This document shows, piece by piece, positions 51,734-63,897 of a stretch of 64,000 nucleotides of DNA. The DNA comes from Priapulus caudatus (lineage: Eukaryota). The position numbers and the translations under genes are program-made. Position 1 is the stretch's first letter. Each line of letters starts with the position of its first letter. The stretch lies in NCBI RefSeq assembly GCF_000485595.1, contig NW_014577070.1:792526-856525 (forward strand), given 5' to 3'. The notes beneath the pieces are model-generated. The model saw only the letters and a program-made list of their open reading frames with translations. It ran no database searches and was not told where the DNA came from.

Positions 51734-51941
51734 TTATCAAGGAGATCTTGTATTTCCATTTCTCTTTGTTTTTCTCTTACAACCTTAGGTTAAGTGATGA
51801 AGAAATCATTGGGGCGACGCATAATAGCACTAGGATTATTTAGGCAAATCATGTTAGATTCACTATTCTCTGTCACTTGCGTGATGATTTGAGTTGTCTT
51901 GACATTGTCTGATGATATGCCTTGCATGGTGTTGTTATAAG

Positions 51942-54040
51942 TTACTGAGAAGCCGCTGAAGAAGAAAGAAGAAGCTAAGGAGAGGTGCAGCTTAGAGGAG
52001 GTTGTTCCGGTAGAGGAAACTCCTTGTAGAGGAAGTTTCATGAAGAGAGGGAGAAGATGGATGATAAGAGCGTTGTTTAACATACTGAACAACCACAAGA
52101 AGAAACTCGAGGAGATTCCTCAACCTTGAACTGGTGTAGCTTCAGGCAGGGAAGTCATCTGAAGAGAGGGAAGTACATGAAAGAACGCTGCTCTTGTTTG
52201 AGGATGAGTTATAGAGAGTTCACAAAACCAGAGAAGTTGTGGAGGAAGGTTTGTGTTACTCAAGTAGACGATAGTTGGATATTTCCTTTACCTTAATAGG
52301 CTGCCAATGACGTATCATTAGACATTAAATTGCTCTCTACTCGTGTTCTTTCGTGTATTGCCTCTCCTGTTCTTATTCTGCTAAATTCGTTAGTCTGAGT
52401 GCACATAAAGGCAATCGATTGGATAAAGCAGCTGTTTTCACACATATATACATTTACCAGTGCAGTTTACTTGGTGGGGCTGTATATGACGTTGTGCCTC
52501 GAACATTGTCTATTAGATTGCCTTGCATTGCTGTTGTATTATTTGAGAAACGTACGAAAAAGAGGAAAAAGAAGGAAGCCAAAGGATGCAATGGGCCCAG
52601 TAGGAGGAGGTGTTATAACTGCTTGAGGTAAACGCTTGTTAGAGGAAAACCTGGTCAGGTTCTATGAAGAGGTACGGGTAGCAGATGGTGATTAGAGGTT
52701 GAAAAACACAACCAGGATAGAAACTCCCTGAGGAGATTCCTCAACCTGAACTGGGTGCTTCACCAGAGGAAGTCATTAATTCTAGTCATTGAAGTAGAGG
52801 AAGTACATGAAGAACGTGTTGAAGATGCGTATATTAGATTATTCCACAAAACCAGCAGGAGTATGTGCGACGGTAAGGTGGTGTTTCCTATTGAAAAATT
52901 GTGACATGATTATTTCTAGTAGTATGTGTTAAATGTCTTTAATGCCACTGCAACTTTTTTTCAATGAGCTATTTGTTATTCCATTTTCTCTTTGTTTTCT
53001 TAACCCTTAGTTAATGTGATGAAGGAAATCATTTGGACATAATAGCATTTAGCAACTCATGTTAGATTACACTAGTTCTGTTACTGGCTGGATGTAATTT
53101 GAGTTAAGTGCGACTGTAACCTGAGATATCATGATTGCTTGCTGGTGTATGTTATAGATTACTGAGAAGCGCTAAGAAGCAAGAAAGAGAATACGAATAG
53201 CCTGAAAGAGAAGAGGTGCCAGCTAGAGAGGTTGTTACGGTAGAGGAATTCCTGTTTGAGGAGGTTCATGAATGAGAGCGGTTGAGGATGGATAGAAGGT
53301 TGAACAACCAGAGGCAACTCTTTCGAAGAGCATTCCTCAACCTGAACTGAGTGCCTCAGCAGAGGCAGGTCATTGAAGAAGCGGAAGTACATGAAAGAAC
53401 GCGGTGAGATGCGTGGTATAGAGTTCCACAAAACCAGCAGGAAGTGTAGGAGCGAAAGGTCTTGTGTTCCTCACGTAGAATAATTGGCTATGTCCTTACA
53501 CTTGATCGGTGCATCGAACGTCATTATGACATTAAATTGCCGCTAATACTGTGTAGGGGGTATTGATGTCTTTTCGTGTATTATCCTCTCTGTTTTCTCT
53601 TTTTTGCTAAATTCTTCAGTTGGGTGTCATAACTTGGCAATTCGATTGGATAAAACAGCATGTTTCAACAATATAATACATTTACCAGTGCCAGTTACTG
53701 GTGGCTGTATTTGAGTTGCTGGCTTGACATTGTCTGATGATTGCCTTGCATGGGTGTTATGTTAACTGAGAAGCCTAAGACGAACGAAGAAGAAGCCCTA
53801 AGGAAGAGGTGCCAGTAGAGGAGGTTGTTCCGGTGAGGAACACTCTTGCTAGAGGAAGTTTTTTGAAGAGAGGGTTGAGATGGTGATACGAGGTGAAAAC
53901 AGAGAATCTCCGAGGATTCGTGCAACCTGAAACTGTGCCTCAGGCCAGAGGCAAGTCAGTTGACAGTAGAGGACAGTCATCGAAGAACGTGTTGAAATAC
54001 GGTTATAGATTCACCAAAACCAGAGGAAAGTGTGGGGAAG
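51942..54040 (+). pseudogene. Four frameshifted copies of the PEVK repeat exon (approx. 51942-52248, 52538-52873, 53158-53458, 53762-54040): pseudo-exons or, more likely, sequencing error
   Basis: Recognisable exon+intron units with dense single-base indels. Confidence 0.45.
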
Positions 54041-54305
54041 GTTTGTGTTTTCCTATTGAAAATTAGTGACATGTATTTCAGTAGTATGTGTTAATGTCTT
54101 TTATGCATGCAATTTTTTCAATGAGCATCTTGTTATCCATTTTCTCTTTGTTTTCTCCTAAACCCTTAGTTAATGTGATGAAGGAAATCATTTGGACATA
54201 ATAGCATTTAGCAACTCATGTTAGATTCACTAGTTCTGTTACTGGTGGATGTATTTGAGTTGTGCTGACATTGTCTGATGATTGCCTTGCATGGTGTTGT
54301 TATAG

Positions 54306-54575
54306 TAACTAAGAAGCCTAAGAAGAAGAAGAAGCCTAAGGAAGAGGTGCCAGTAGAGGAGGTTGTTACGGTAGAGGAAATTCCTGTAGAAGAGGTTCTT
54401 GAAGAGACGGTTGAGATGGTGATAGAAGTTGAACAACCAGAAGAAACTCCTGAGGAGATTCCTCAACCTGAACTGGTGCTTCAGCCAGAGGAAGTCATTG
54501 AAGTAGAGGAAGTACATGAAGAACGTGTTGAGATGGTTATAGAGTTCACAAAACCAGAGGAAGTTGTGGAGGAAG
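54306..54575 (+). CDS. PEVK repeat exon E
   Basis: Intact paralogue of exon A; 270 nt. Confidence 0.88.
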
Positions 54576-54761
54576 GTTTGTGTTACTCAAGTAGAGATAG
54601 TTGGATATTTCCTTTACTTATAGGTGCATGAACATCATTTAGACATTGAATTGCTATACTGTGTGTCTCTTCTTGTGTTCCTTCTCCTGTTTCTTTTCTC
54701 CTGAATTCTTAGTTTGTGTCATAAAGGCAATCGATTGGATAAAGCAAATGATTTCACCATA

Positions 54762-54901
54762 TATCACATATAAACATCTTGTTTGAGCCCACTTCTTAAC
54801 ATTTATCATGATATCTCATATATTGATCAGTTATAAATAATATATGAGATATCATGATAAATGATAATAAGTGGGCTCAAACAAGATGTTTATATGTGAT
54901 A
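54762..54901. repeat. Inverted repeat with arms of about 62 bp (small MITE-like hairpin)
   Basis: TATCACATATAAACATCTTGTTTGAGCCCACTT and its reverse complement. Confidence 0.75.
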
Positions 54902-55056
54902 AACATATTGTGATACTGGGATGAGATATCTGAGATATGTGTCTAAATTATTGAATCTGAATTGCATTGTTTATCGTCATCATTAACGTCTAATTTTCAC
55001 AGGGACAGTACATTTATATAGGGTTTTAATTAATCTGATATACATAACATTTTTAG

Positions 55057-55161
55057 AAATAGTCGTGGACACAACGAAGGTAGTGAAAAAGAAAAAGAAG
55101 AGGACCACGAAAGAAATAGCCGAGATAACACTTGAAGAACCAAAAGAGGAAGTGCCTGAAG
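55057..55161 (+). CDS. Poly-Lys/Glu cassette exon
   Basis: IVVDTTKVVKKKKKRTTKE..VPE; 105 nt. Confidence 0.85.
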
Positions 55162-55533
55162 GTTGGTGTTTCTTGCGATTTTGGTTTGAGTGTGACCAAA
55201 AGTGTAGAAATGTTGCTGTGAACACTGTGCATAATTGCTTTTGCAAGAATATAGCTGCGTTATCATTTTCCTTCAGTTTGTGCTTCCCACCAGTCATTCC
55301 CTTTCACCCATTATCCTGCGCCACAGAATCTGTGGGCTCCACCAATGTTAATGCTGCTTGTAAGATTAGATTAGATATGTGTGTTAAAATGTACTAACCA
55401 AAGGCACACACTACATTGGATAATGGATGATATCCCCTAATCCAAAGGAAGCATTTCTTTGCAGTTGAACAATGAAAATTGTGTTAACGTTTATGATGAG
55501 CAGAGGCTCATAAGATTGTCTCTTGCCCAACAG

Positions 55534-55821
55534 AAGTGACAGTCATAACAGAAGAGGAGGTCCCTGCAGAGGAAGAGGATGTTCCAGTAACTATTGAAAC
55601 ATCAATGGCAGAAATTACTATTACTAAAAAGGTTGAAGAAATAGAACATAAGAAAGCTGCAATGATGATCACAGAAGTAACTGAAGAGGAAGTTACTGAG
55701 GAGGAAGTGGGCTTTCAGAGGCAGCCTATTATAGAGTTGCCGAGTGACATCAGAGTGGTTCCAATTCACATGGAAACCTCAGTGACATTCGAAGAGGTCC
55801 CTAGTGATGATATACCTGAAG
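55534..55821 (+). CDS. Glu/Val/Thr-rich exon
   Basis: 288 nt; aacag acceptor, gtttgt donor. Confidence 0.85.
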
Positions 55822-56897
55822 GTTTGTGTTCACCACGTGTAGAATAGAGAGCAGAGAACTCCTTTTATTAACAATAGTGGAAGTTGTTTTTCACCCATAC
55901 CCTGTTGCCCTGCCATCATGTGTTGTGATTGCTCCATATATGCATGTTTTTGCATTCCATGCATGTTTTCATATTCGTAAACTCAATGTGAATGCATTGA
56001 TCTAATATCCAAAAGTAGAATAAGCTTAAAGTTTAAATTCTTTTGTATATAACTATAGCAATAGATGTTATATCAGAAGAAGCTTCAGGAATTATATATT
56101 GACCTATTTAAACCTAGTGGCTGGATCAATGACTTGGTAATTCAATTTTTAAATAATTTCAAAGGTAAATCTGTTATAATGTTAACAAAGAGTGATCGAG
56201 TGGCAGATCAACAGTATGCCTAGTGGAAAAATATTAGAAAATGGTAATGCAAACTAGGAAATCCTAACACGAGGATTCAACTGGAACAATTGAAAGAAGC
56301 TAGGGTTGACCGTTTATAGTTGAAATCGGGTCTATTCAATCTAAATGCAGCTATGACTTATGTTTATTGTGACATAATCATTCACAAATGCAGTCATGCA
56401 TAGTGTATGCCACTTGTGTGCGTTTTTCATTTTGATTAGTGACCGTGTGTTTCTTAGTGGGTTTAATCACACACACCGAACACATCAACACGCTGAAAGG
56501 GCCTCATAATTATGTGCATGTGACTCATATCAGTTCAACTATCACTATTCCTGCAAGTATGACTAATGTGAAACAACTATTACCATTCTTGCAAATATTA
56601 AATCTTTGAAAGAGTAAATCTTGCGGTTTAAACAGTATGTCACTTTTAGCTGAAATATGTGATGCACGCGTAATCCTCGGATTTTGTTGTGTAGACTGTT
56701 TAAAATTGATTAGTAAATAGAATTTTATTGCTCTTATTCTCATAAAAGGCATCAATCTACACAATTGGCATGCATGCCTGTGTTGCAATGATTAACCATG
56801 TATCACTAAAAACAAATTTAATACATATATTCCATTTGTGAAGAATTTACTATTGGACAAATCGGGTCTACCATTCTTGTTGGTATCTATCTTACAG

Positions 56898-56951
56898 AAG
56901 TTACAGAAGTGCTAGAGGAAGAGGAAGTCATTGAAGAAGTCCAACCAGAGG
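56898..56951 (+). CDS. 54-nt Glu-rich mini-exon
   Basis: VTEVLEEEEVIEEVQPE; tacag acceptor, gtaatt donor. Confidence 0.8.
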
Positions 56952-57049
56952 GTAATTACAAATTCTACATTCCTTAACATTTTTTATTGGGTGTGAACTA
57001 ATGAAACGTGTTGGTGTTCGATTCACAATTAAAGCTATTAATGTTTCAG

Positions 57050-57090
57050 TTACTGAAAAAAGGAAGAAGAAGGAGAAAAAACCAAAGCAG
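57050..57090 (+). CDS. Poly-Lys mini-exon, donor uncertain
   Basis: TEKRKKKEKKPKQ after ttcag; no convincing phase-1 GT donor, possibly a GC donor. Confidence 0.5.
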
Positions 57091-57299
57091 GCAGAATATC
57101 TGTGTGATGTGTTGATACATGTGTATGTGCTTGTATGCATTCACATGTATATAGCACTCATGTTAAAACACGTTATTGAAAAATATATTGCAAAATAATA
57201 GTGTCTGCTGGTAATCAGAAAAGATTAGCACTCATATTAATATATAGGTATCCAGAAGGTAGAGTAAACTAACCAAGCTTATATTGGTCAATCTTGTAG

Positions 57300-57382
57300 A
57301 AACCCCAGAGGAGGCTCCTAAACTAACACCAATGCCTGATGTTACCAAACCTGAGGGTGAAGAGGTTCGCTTCACAACTCAC
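57300..57382 (+). CDS. Ig 18, N-terminal part
   Basis: EAPKLTPMPDVTKPEGEEVRFTTH; gtgagt donor. Confidence 0.85.
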
Positions 57383-57629
57383 GTGAGTGTTGGTTCAGTC
57401 ATGTCAGAGAAAAGTGCTAGCATCCGCAATTTTGTATAGTCTAGCTACCAGAAATCGTGCAAATAACACAGCTACTTGGCTACATATTTAAAAGGGTGTA
57501 CGATGCTTGAATAAATTTGAGATGATTACGTTATCTTCTTCTGATAGAGGTCTAACTGACGAGTTTTGTGATCACATAGCAATTCAATCTTCTATAGATA
57601 ATGAGACTAGAAAACCACATTGTTTCTAG

Positions 57630-57834
57630 GTAACGGGCTACCCAACTCCAACTATTAGATGGTTTGTAGAAACCATTGAGTTGCAGCCATCAAAAGACTT
57701 TGTCATCAAATTTGAGGACAATGTAGCTACACTTGTGATCACTCACGTGTACCCAGTTGATCAGGGAACCTACTACTGCACGGCCCATAACACAGTTGGA
57801 GAAGACACTGTGTTCGCCAAACTTTTTGTGCCAA
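57630..57834 (+). CDS. Ig 18, C-terminal part
   Basis: VTGYPTPTIRW..DQGTYYCTAHNTVG. Confidence 0.9.
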
Positions 57835-58067
57835 GTAAGTTGATTATTATTTATTCATTTTAGTATGGCAGCAGTAACTAATTAAAGGTAAGAGAGAGTG
57901 GTCAGCTAGGCCAGTGTGAATAAATAGTGTGTAGGCCAAGATCCCTCATCAGCAGATAATGGCACTCCACGTTGGAAGAATATAGATTTGAAACATAGAG
58001 TATGAATGCTCTAGCTATAATAGATTTACGGGTCGTGTATCAATCATAGATTACATTTTCCTTCCAG

Positions 58068-58193
58068 TTGAAGAAATTACTGAAACGGTTGAAGAGTTAA
58101 TTGTAGATGAAGTTACTCATGAGAGAGTGATAAGTGAGGAAGGCCTCGAACCTGTTACCATTGAAATCTCGGAGTTGAAGCCAAACGAAGAAG
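58068..58193 (+). CDS. Glu-rich cassette exon
   Basis: 126 nt; ccag acceptor, gtttgt donor. Confidence 0.82.
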
Positions 58194-58679
58194 GTTTGTA
58201 GTGTTAATATTGTCTGAGACAGCTATCCAATGAAATGTTGTCTATATGTTTGGTATGCTGTAACCGATATACATTACACTATATTATACTATAGCCATAC
58301 TAAGTAGATATTGCTGTATGTATGTGTTCATGTATTTTGCTACTGCCACCTGTATTATAATTATCATGAATATGCTTGCATATCTACATATTTATGTTGA
58401 TATATGGCATCACATGATGATGAGTGCTGGGGCTTGCATATTGATAAAAATTTTGTTTTTCTTCTAAGTATTATTCGTGCTACAAATGTTTAAAATCTAT
58501 ACAAACTAAACAGTTTATAGAAACGTAAAAACCTCACCTATCAGTAGAATCCATCTCATCAGTGTATAGCTGTTGTGCATTGCATATGTACATCTAAAGA
58601 ACTGATGTATATATGTTCATGCATAGCACACTCTGCACTGCAGAGGAAGTGTTGCTTTACTGAAGGTGTTTTAATGCAG

Positions 58680-58916
58680 AAATTGTGGTTGAGACCAAGG
58701 TGACGAAGAAAAGGAAGAAGAAGCCAAAGGTGGTAACAAAAGAAGAAGATGAATTGCATGTGGAGGCAGTAGAACCTGTCGAGGAAGTTGAAGAGACAAT
58801 AGAGGAGTTTGTAACAACAGAAGTTGTGGAGTTCAAAACTGAGGAAGAGGGTCCTGAGGAAACCGAAACCCATATCACTGAGACAATAATTGAAATGACA
58901 CCAGAAGGACCTGAAG
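58680..58916 (+). CDS. Poly-Lys/Glu exon, copy 1
   Basis: 237 nt; near-identical to 59925-60161. Confidence 0.88.
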
Positions 58917-59141
58917 GTTTGTTATTGTTCTGTTATGTTGTGTAACTTTAATATTTATTGATCATGTCCTTGACAAGCCCGTTGTGTGTTTCAGGTTATG
59001 CCAGAAACAGTTAACATGGCTTGACTTTCCTCCAATCGGGTGCTTCAGAAAAACCTATTAAAGATCAAGTTCTCATGTGGTTCATTATATTACTGATGCT
59101 AATACATATTGTGGCAGTATGCATCAACATCTGCCACAAAC

Positions 59142-59204
59142 CTTCAGGTTTCTTGGGCTTCTTCTTTTTCTTCTTTTTGCTAATCACCTTTGTGATTTCT
59201 ACCT
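59142..59204 (-). pseudogene. Inverted copy of the 63-nt VEITKVISKKKKKKKPKKPE exon with intact splice sites on the minus strand
   Basis: Reverse complement of 60372-60434 plus about 48 nt of its downstream intron. Confidence 0.85.
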
Positions 59205-59399
59205 CTGAAATAATTTGCAATATAAATCCGGACATGAAGGCAATTATACATTATTGCTACAAGTTGGGTCTAATATTGTAATAATTTCTGTACTGCAATG
59301 TATAATTTTTATATGCAGTTGCTTCCTTTATTTTCTTATGTAACATGAATTATTATTGTTTTAACATCTCATATATTTGATTAACTCAATTATTTTAAG

Positions 59400-59498
59400 A
59401 AATTCCTATTGAGGAGATTGAAGAGGCACCAGAAGAGGAGGCACCAAAAGAAGTAATTTTAGAAGTAGTACAGGAGCAAAAGGAAGAGGTTTCAGAGG
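59400..59498 (+). CDS. PEVK-like cassette exon
   Basis: IPIEEIEEAPEEEAPKE..; gtaagg donor; 99 nt. Confidence 0.82.
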
Positions 59499-59924
59499 GT
59501 AAGGTCAACAACTAGCCAGATAGCATGGTGCATACTAACCCATCTGATTGGGGAAGCCCAAGAAAATGGAAATATGTATTAGTCATTAGTTATTCGTTAT
59601 GAATAAATCTGCCGACCTATATTAGGATCTCGAGTCACCGGACTATTACGTCAACTTCGAGTTTAAAAGTTGTTCTTGGTACACATGACAAGTCTGCAAT
59701 CAAAAACGGTTTAAGGTGTTTAACTATGGAAACTCTTAGGGCTAGTTTTGTGTAATTACACACCTGTGACAACATCTATTAGTAATATATTCTCGAATCA
59801 ATGCAGTAGTTTCTATGTATTGCATATGGACATCAGGTCAATTGGTGTACTATTATGCTGCTGCATAGCAAGCTTCTGCATTGACGGGAAGGCATTGTAT
59901 TACTGAAAGAACGTTTCTATGCAG

Positions 59925-60161
59925 AAATTGTGGTTGAGACCAAGGTGACGAAGAAAAGGAAGAAGAAGCCAAAGGTGGTAACAAAAGAAGAAGATGAGTT
60001 GCATGTGGAGGCAGTAGAACCTGTTGAGGAAGTTGAAGAGACAATAGAGGAGTTTGTAACAACAGAAGTTGTGGAGTTCAAAACTGAGGAAGAAGTTCCT
60101 GAAGAAACCGAAAGCCATATCACTGAGACAATAATTGAAATGACACCAGAAGGACCAGAAG
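59925..60161 (+). CDS. Poly-Lys/Glu exon, copy 2
   Basis: 237 nt, phase 1-1. Confidence 0.88.
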
Positions 60162-60371
60162 GTTTGTTATTGTCCTGTTTTGTTGTGTAATTGAAGGTTT
60201 GTTGTTGCTTTCTGTTGTGATACTTTCTGTGTATATCGATCATTAGTATTATCTTTTATACTATCATTGCAAGACAGTGTTGGCAAAACTTAGCTGCTAT
60301 CAAATGATTTTTGTCAACTCATTTAGTATGTTATTTATTTCATGGCAGATCTTGTTGTACTTTTTTTCCAG

Positions 60372-60434
60372 AAGTAGAAATCACAAAGGTGATTAGCAAA
60401 AAGAAGAAAAAGAAGAAGCCCAAGAAACCAGAAG
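60372..60434 (+). CDS. 63-nt poly-Lys exon
   Basis: ttccag acceptor, gtttgt donor. Confidence 0.85.
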
Positions 60435-60697
60435 GTTTGTGGCAGATGTTAATGCATACTGCCACAATATGTATTAGCATCATACGTAGGGTTATGCCAA
60501 GATTATTCTATTGATATAGATTTTTCTTTTTCAGTGAGTGTCTGATGTGTCTCAGGGAGATATAACAACTTACAACCCACAATGGGGTTTCATCTCCCAA
60601 ATATTTACAGTGAATATTGTGAAAATGTCAGCGAAAATTGTTTCTCCCAAAGATTCGTGCATTGCTTTGAGGTGGATATCTCTTTAAATCATTGCAG

Positions 60698-60771
60698 ATG
60701 AAGCACCAAAGTTAACGCCTATGACTGACATTACCAGGAATGAAGCTGATGTGGCTCGATTTACTACGCAA
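60698..60771 (+). CDS. Ig 19, N-terminal part
   Basis: EAPKLTPMTDITRNEADVARFTTQ; gtgagt donor. Confidence 0.85.
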
Positions 60772-61225
60772 GTGAGTAAACACTTTTGCCCTGTTTTATG
60801 GTCTCCAGCTAACCCAATGCATGATGATATCTATAATGCCATGAGGATATTTTAGATTTTGCCATGTATAATGGATTATAACACTCGTCAGACCCTCTAA
60901 AATTACTGTACGGCGTTGAATTACTGTACTATTGCAATACTATTGTATTGCGAATTAAAAGATTAAATAATGTGGCCGGCGATGTGTTTGGATTGAATAG
61001 CAATTATAGTTGTCATTTTTGTGATCTTTTGTTTGCTGCCTGTAATACTGGCTTCTTGAAATTGTGATCCAATAATGAGGTAAAAGTGTAATTTCAATGA
61101 CAAGATCAAGCAACCATTATGCGGCAATTGCTCTCAATCTATCTCTGTTGTATTAGTTAATGTATTGTACATTACTTTATAAACGTGTCTCTATGTTACT
61201 TCAGTAATATTTGCTCAATTATTAG

Positions 61226-61430
61226 GTTACTGGCTATCCAAGACCCACTATCAAATGGTTTGTAGAAACCATAGAGTTGCAGCCATCCAAGGACTTTGTC
61301 ATTACGTACGAGGAAAATACTGCTACCTTAGAGATCATTCACGTCTATTCCGATGACCAGGGAACCTATTGGTGTAAAGCTGAAAACCCTGTTGGGGAGG
61401 ATACGGCATCTGCATCCTTGTTTGTGCCAA
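61226..61430 (+). CDS. Ig 19, C-terminal part
   Basis: Paralogue of 57630-57834; both 205 nt. Confidence 0.9.
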
Positions 61431-61829
61431 GTATGGTCACTATAAATGCATGCATGTGTATAACACTTAGTTAAAGAGTTAAGCAGAAGTATAAATCATA
61501 AGCCTAACGAAGGTTAAACTCGAAAAGTACCTAATAACACGTACTGTTCCTACCACACAGAAGGTCAAGTGTATTAATCTCAAACATAGTATTAAACCCC
61601 TTGGAGACAATCTTAATTAAAACTGTCAGTATAACTAAAACCGTCAGTAATTAAAACTGTAAAACTTAAACCAGTATTAAGAAAATATTAAAATCAAATG
61701 GCTTTGCAAGTTTTGCAACATATGTATACTAAGATCATTATTCTTGGATGAAGTGATTATAACAATAGTAGATTGCATTATATAGTATGAAAACATTTTA
61801 TTTATATCTAACAGTAAAATTAATTGCAG

Positions 61830-61880
61830 TTGATGATATTGTCGAAGTTGAGGAAGAAGAGGACAAACTCCACCCTGAAG
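61830..61880 (+). CDS. 51-nt acidic mini-exon
   Basis: DDIVEVEEEEDKLHPE; gcag acceptor, gtaatg donor. Confidence 0.8.
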
Positions 61881-62735
61881 GTAATGGTAATGCTAAAGAA
61901 TTTTTGCTGCAAATAAATATGGGATATATATTGAGTGACTTTATTAAGGCTCATCTTTTAATTATGGGGTAATATGTTATATTTGGTATGTAACAAACAT
62001 GGATTTTAGGAATTTACACAAATAAAATAGGGAGCTATGTTTCAGGAGATTTTTAATTTTGTATAGAATGAAAAGGCTAAGAGAGTTATCTTTAGACTAA
62101 ACAAGGAAAATGCTGTATTTTTTAGGCAATAAGGATGGGCAATTTTTAATTAGCAAGCACATTAAACATTGCAAATTTATGCATGCATCATGCAGGCACT
62201 AATGCACACACAACACGTGCAAGCGCACACAGGTACACTTTCATGTATACACACTCATGCGTAAATACATTTATGCGCACACACACAAACACGCATGCAC
62301 GCACTCATGCACGCACATATGCATGCACGTAGACACACACACACACATGCACCAAAATACAAAATACACATGCAGGCACTGGCAAGCATACATGGAAAAA
62401 CACTTTTGAACTTCTTCTTTCTCTCTCTGACATACTCTCACCCATACACGAAAGCAAGCATGCATACATGTACACATGCATAGGCACGCAGAGAGACATA
62501 GGACATATATGATATTAATGTTATACAATTAACATGTATACAATTAGAGTGCAGATAATGTTCAAATGTTTGGATACTTTTCAAAGGGAATTTGAAGTAG
62601 CCTTGCATGTTAGTTGGTAACAGAGAATAGATCCAAAGAGGTGTTGATCCAGGAATTAGGTGACATGTGACTAGATAAAAGTAGTGATTTTAATGCTTGA
62701 TATTGTGACGTCATACTGTTTTTTGTTGTTGCCAG

Positions 62736-62780
62736 TTGTTGAAAAGAAGAAGAAAAAGAAAAAGCCAAAGAAACCTGAAG
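62736..62780 (+). CDS. 45-nt poly-Lys mini-exon
   Basis: VEKKKKKKKPKKPE; ccag acceptor, gtttgt donor. Confidence 0.82.
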
Positions 62781-62979
62781 GTTTGTTTTGCTACATATTG
62801 TTATGCAGTGTTACACATAATATTTGCTAAATATTTTATTGTAAATGTGAGCCTAATGATGAAAATAGCTTTGAATGAAACCATAAGTCCTCCAGATTAT
62901 GTCTTGAACAGTTCATTGTAAAACGCAATTCACGTCATATTCTTGCACAAATATTGATCTGCTTAATTTTCTTCTATAG

Positions 62980-63075
62980 AAGTCCCGGTTGAGGAAGTCG
63001 AAGAGGCACCAGAGGAGGAGGCTCCTGAGGAGATCACACTTGAGGTTGTTCAACTGGAAGAAGAGCAACCAGAAG
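62980..63075 (+). CDS. PEVK-like cassette exon
   Basis: VPVEEVEEAPEEEAPEEITLEVV; 96 nt. Confidence 0.85.
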
Positions 63076-63320
63076 GTAATCCCTGTTGGTTTCCTGGCCT
63101 AATTGAGGGGCATGATCATTTCATTGCAGCTGATTGATTTGTTTCAATAGCTAATTGTTTCAAAACATCAATTTTGAAAAGAGACATCTTTATGAGCGCA
63201 GCCATCATTGTACAGTTATTTCATGCATGCACTAGCTCAGATATGCATATGGTATCTGAAGCTTGCACGTGTTCGTGAATTTTCTTCTGGTCACTGATGG
63301 AAATACATTTCCTATAACAG

Positions 63321-63608
63321 AAGTAATAGTTGAGTCGAAGGTCACTAAAAAGCGACGCAAAAAGAAGAAACCAAAAGAGCGCACTGAGGAGGAATTGCAG
63401 CTTGAGGTGGTAGAGCCTGTCGAAGAAGAACAGGAAACAGTTGAAGAAGAGTTCATTACACAAGAAGTCATTGAACTCACCGCGGAGGAAGAGATCACGG
63501 AAGACATTGTTGTTGAAATTGTTGAGGAAGTGACTCCAGAAGGGATTGAAGAGGTTGAGATCACCAGAGTTGTGAAAAAGAAAAGGAAGAAGCCTAAGAA
63601 ACCCAAAG
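63321..63608 (+). CDS. Poly-Lys/Glu exon (fusion of the 237-nt and 63-nt exon types)
   Basis: 288 nt; aacag acceptor, gtttgt donor. Confidence 0.88.
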
Positions 63609-63801
63609 GTTTGTGGCAGATGTTAATACATACTGCCACAAAATGTATTAACATTGGGCCTGGGCTGATGTTGCGAACGTTTTGCATTGATATAAGTTCC
63701 TCTTTCCACATACCTGTTTCTTCTCAAGTAGCTCCATGTATACGGGATAATTTTTGTTTTGCTCTTAATAAAATGTGAGTGTACATATTTGTCACCTTCA
63801 G

Positions 63802-63897
63802 AAGTCCCAGTTGAGGAGGTGGAAGAGGTACCAGAAGAGGAGGCTCCTGAGGAGATCACACTGGAGGTTGTTCAACTGGAAGAGGAGAAACTAGAAG
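63802..63897 (+). CDS. PEVK-like cassette exon
   Basis: Paralogue of 62980-63075; 96 nt. Confidence 0.85.

Larger units (their letters stand above)
673..63897 (+). other. TTN: Internal portion of a giant titin/connectin/sallimus-like muscle gene (I-set Ig domains plus PEVK-like segments), about 50 exons
   Basis: Repeated I-set Ig signatures (P.F..., C.V.G.P.P.V.W, L.I...D.G.Y...A.N..G) alternate with E/V/P/K-rich exons, and GT-AG phases are consistent across exons. Family-level call only; orthology to vertebrate TTN is not established. Confidence 0.85.
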
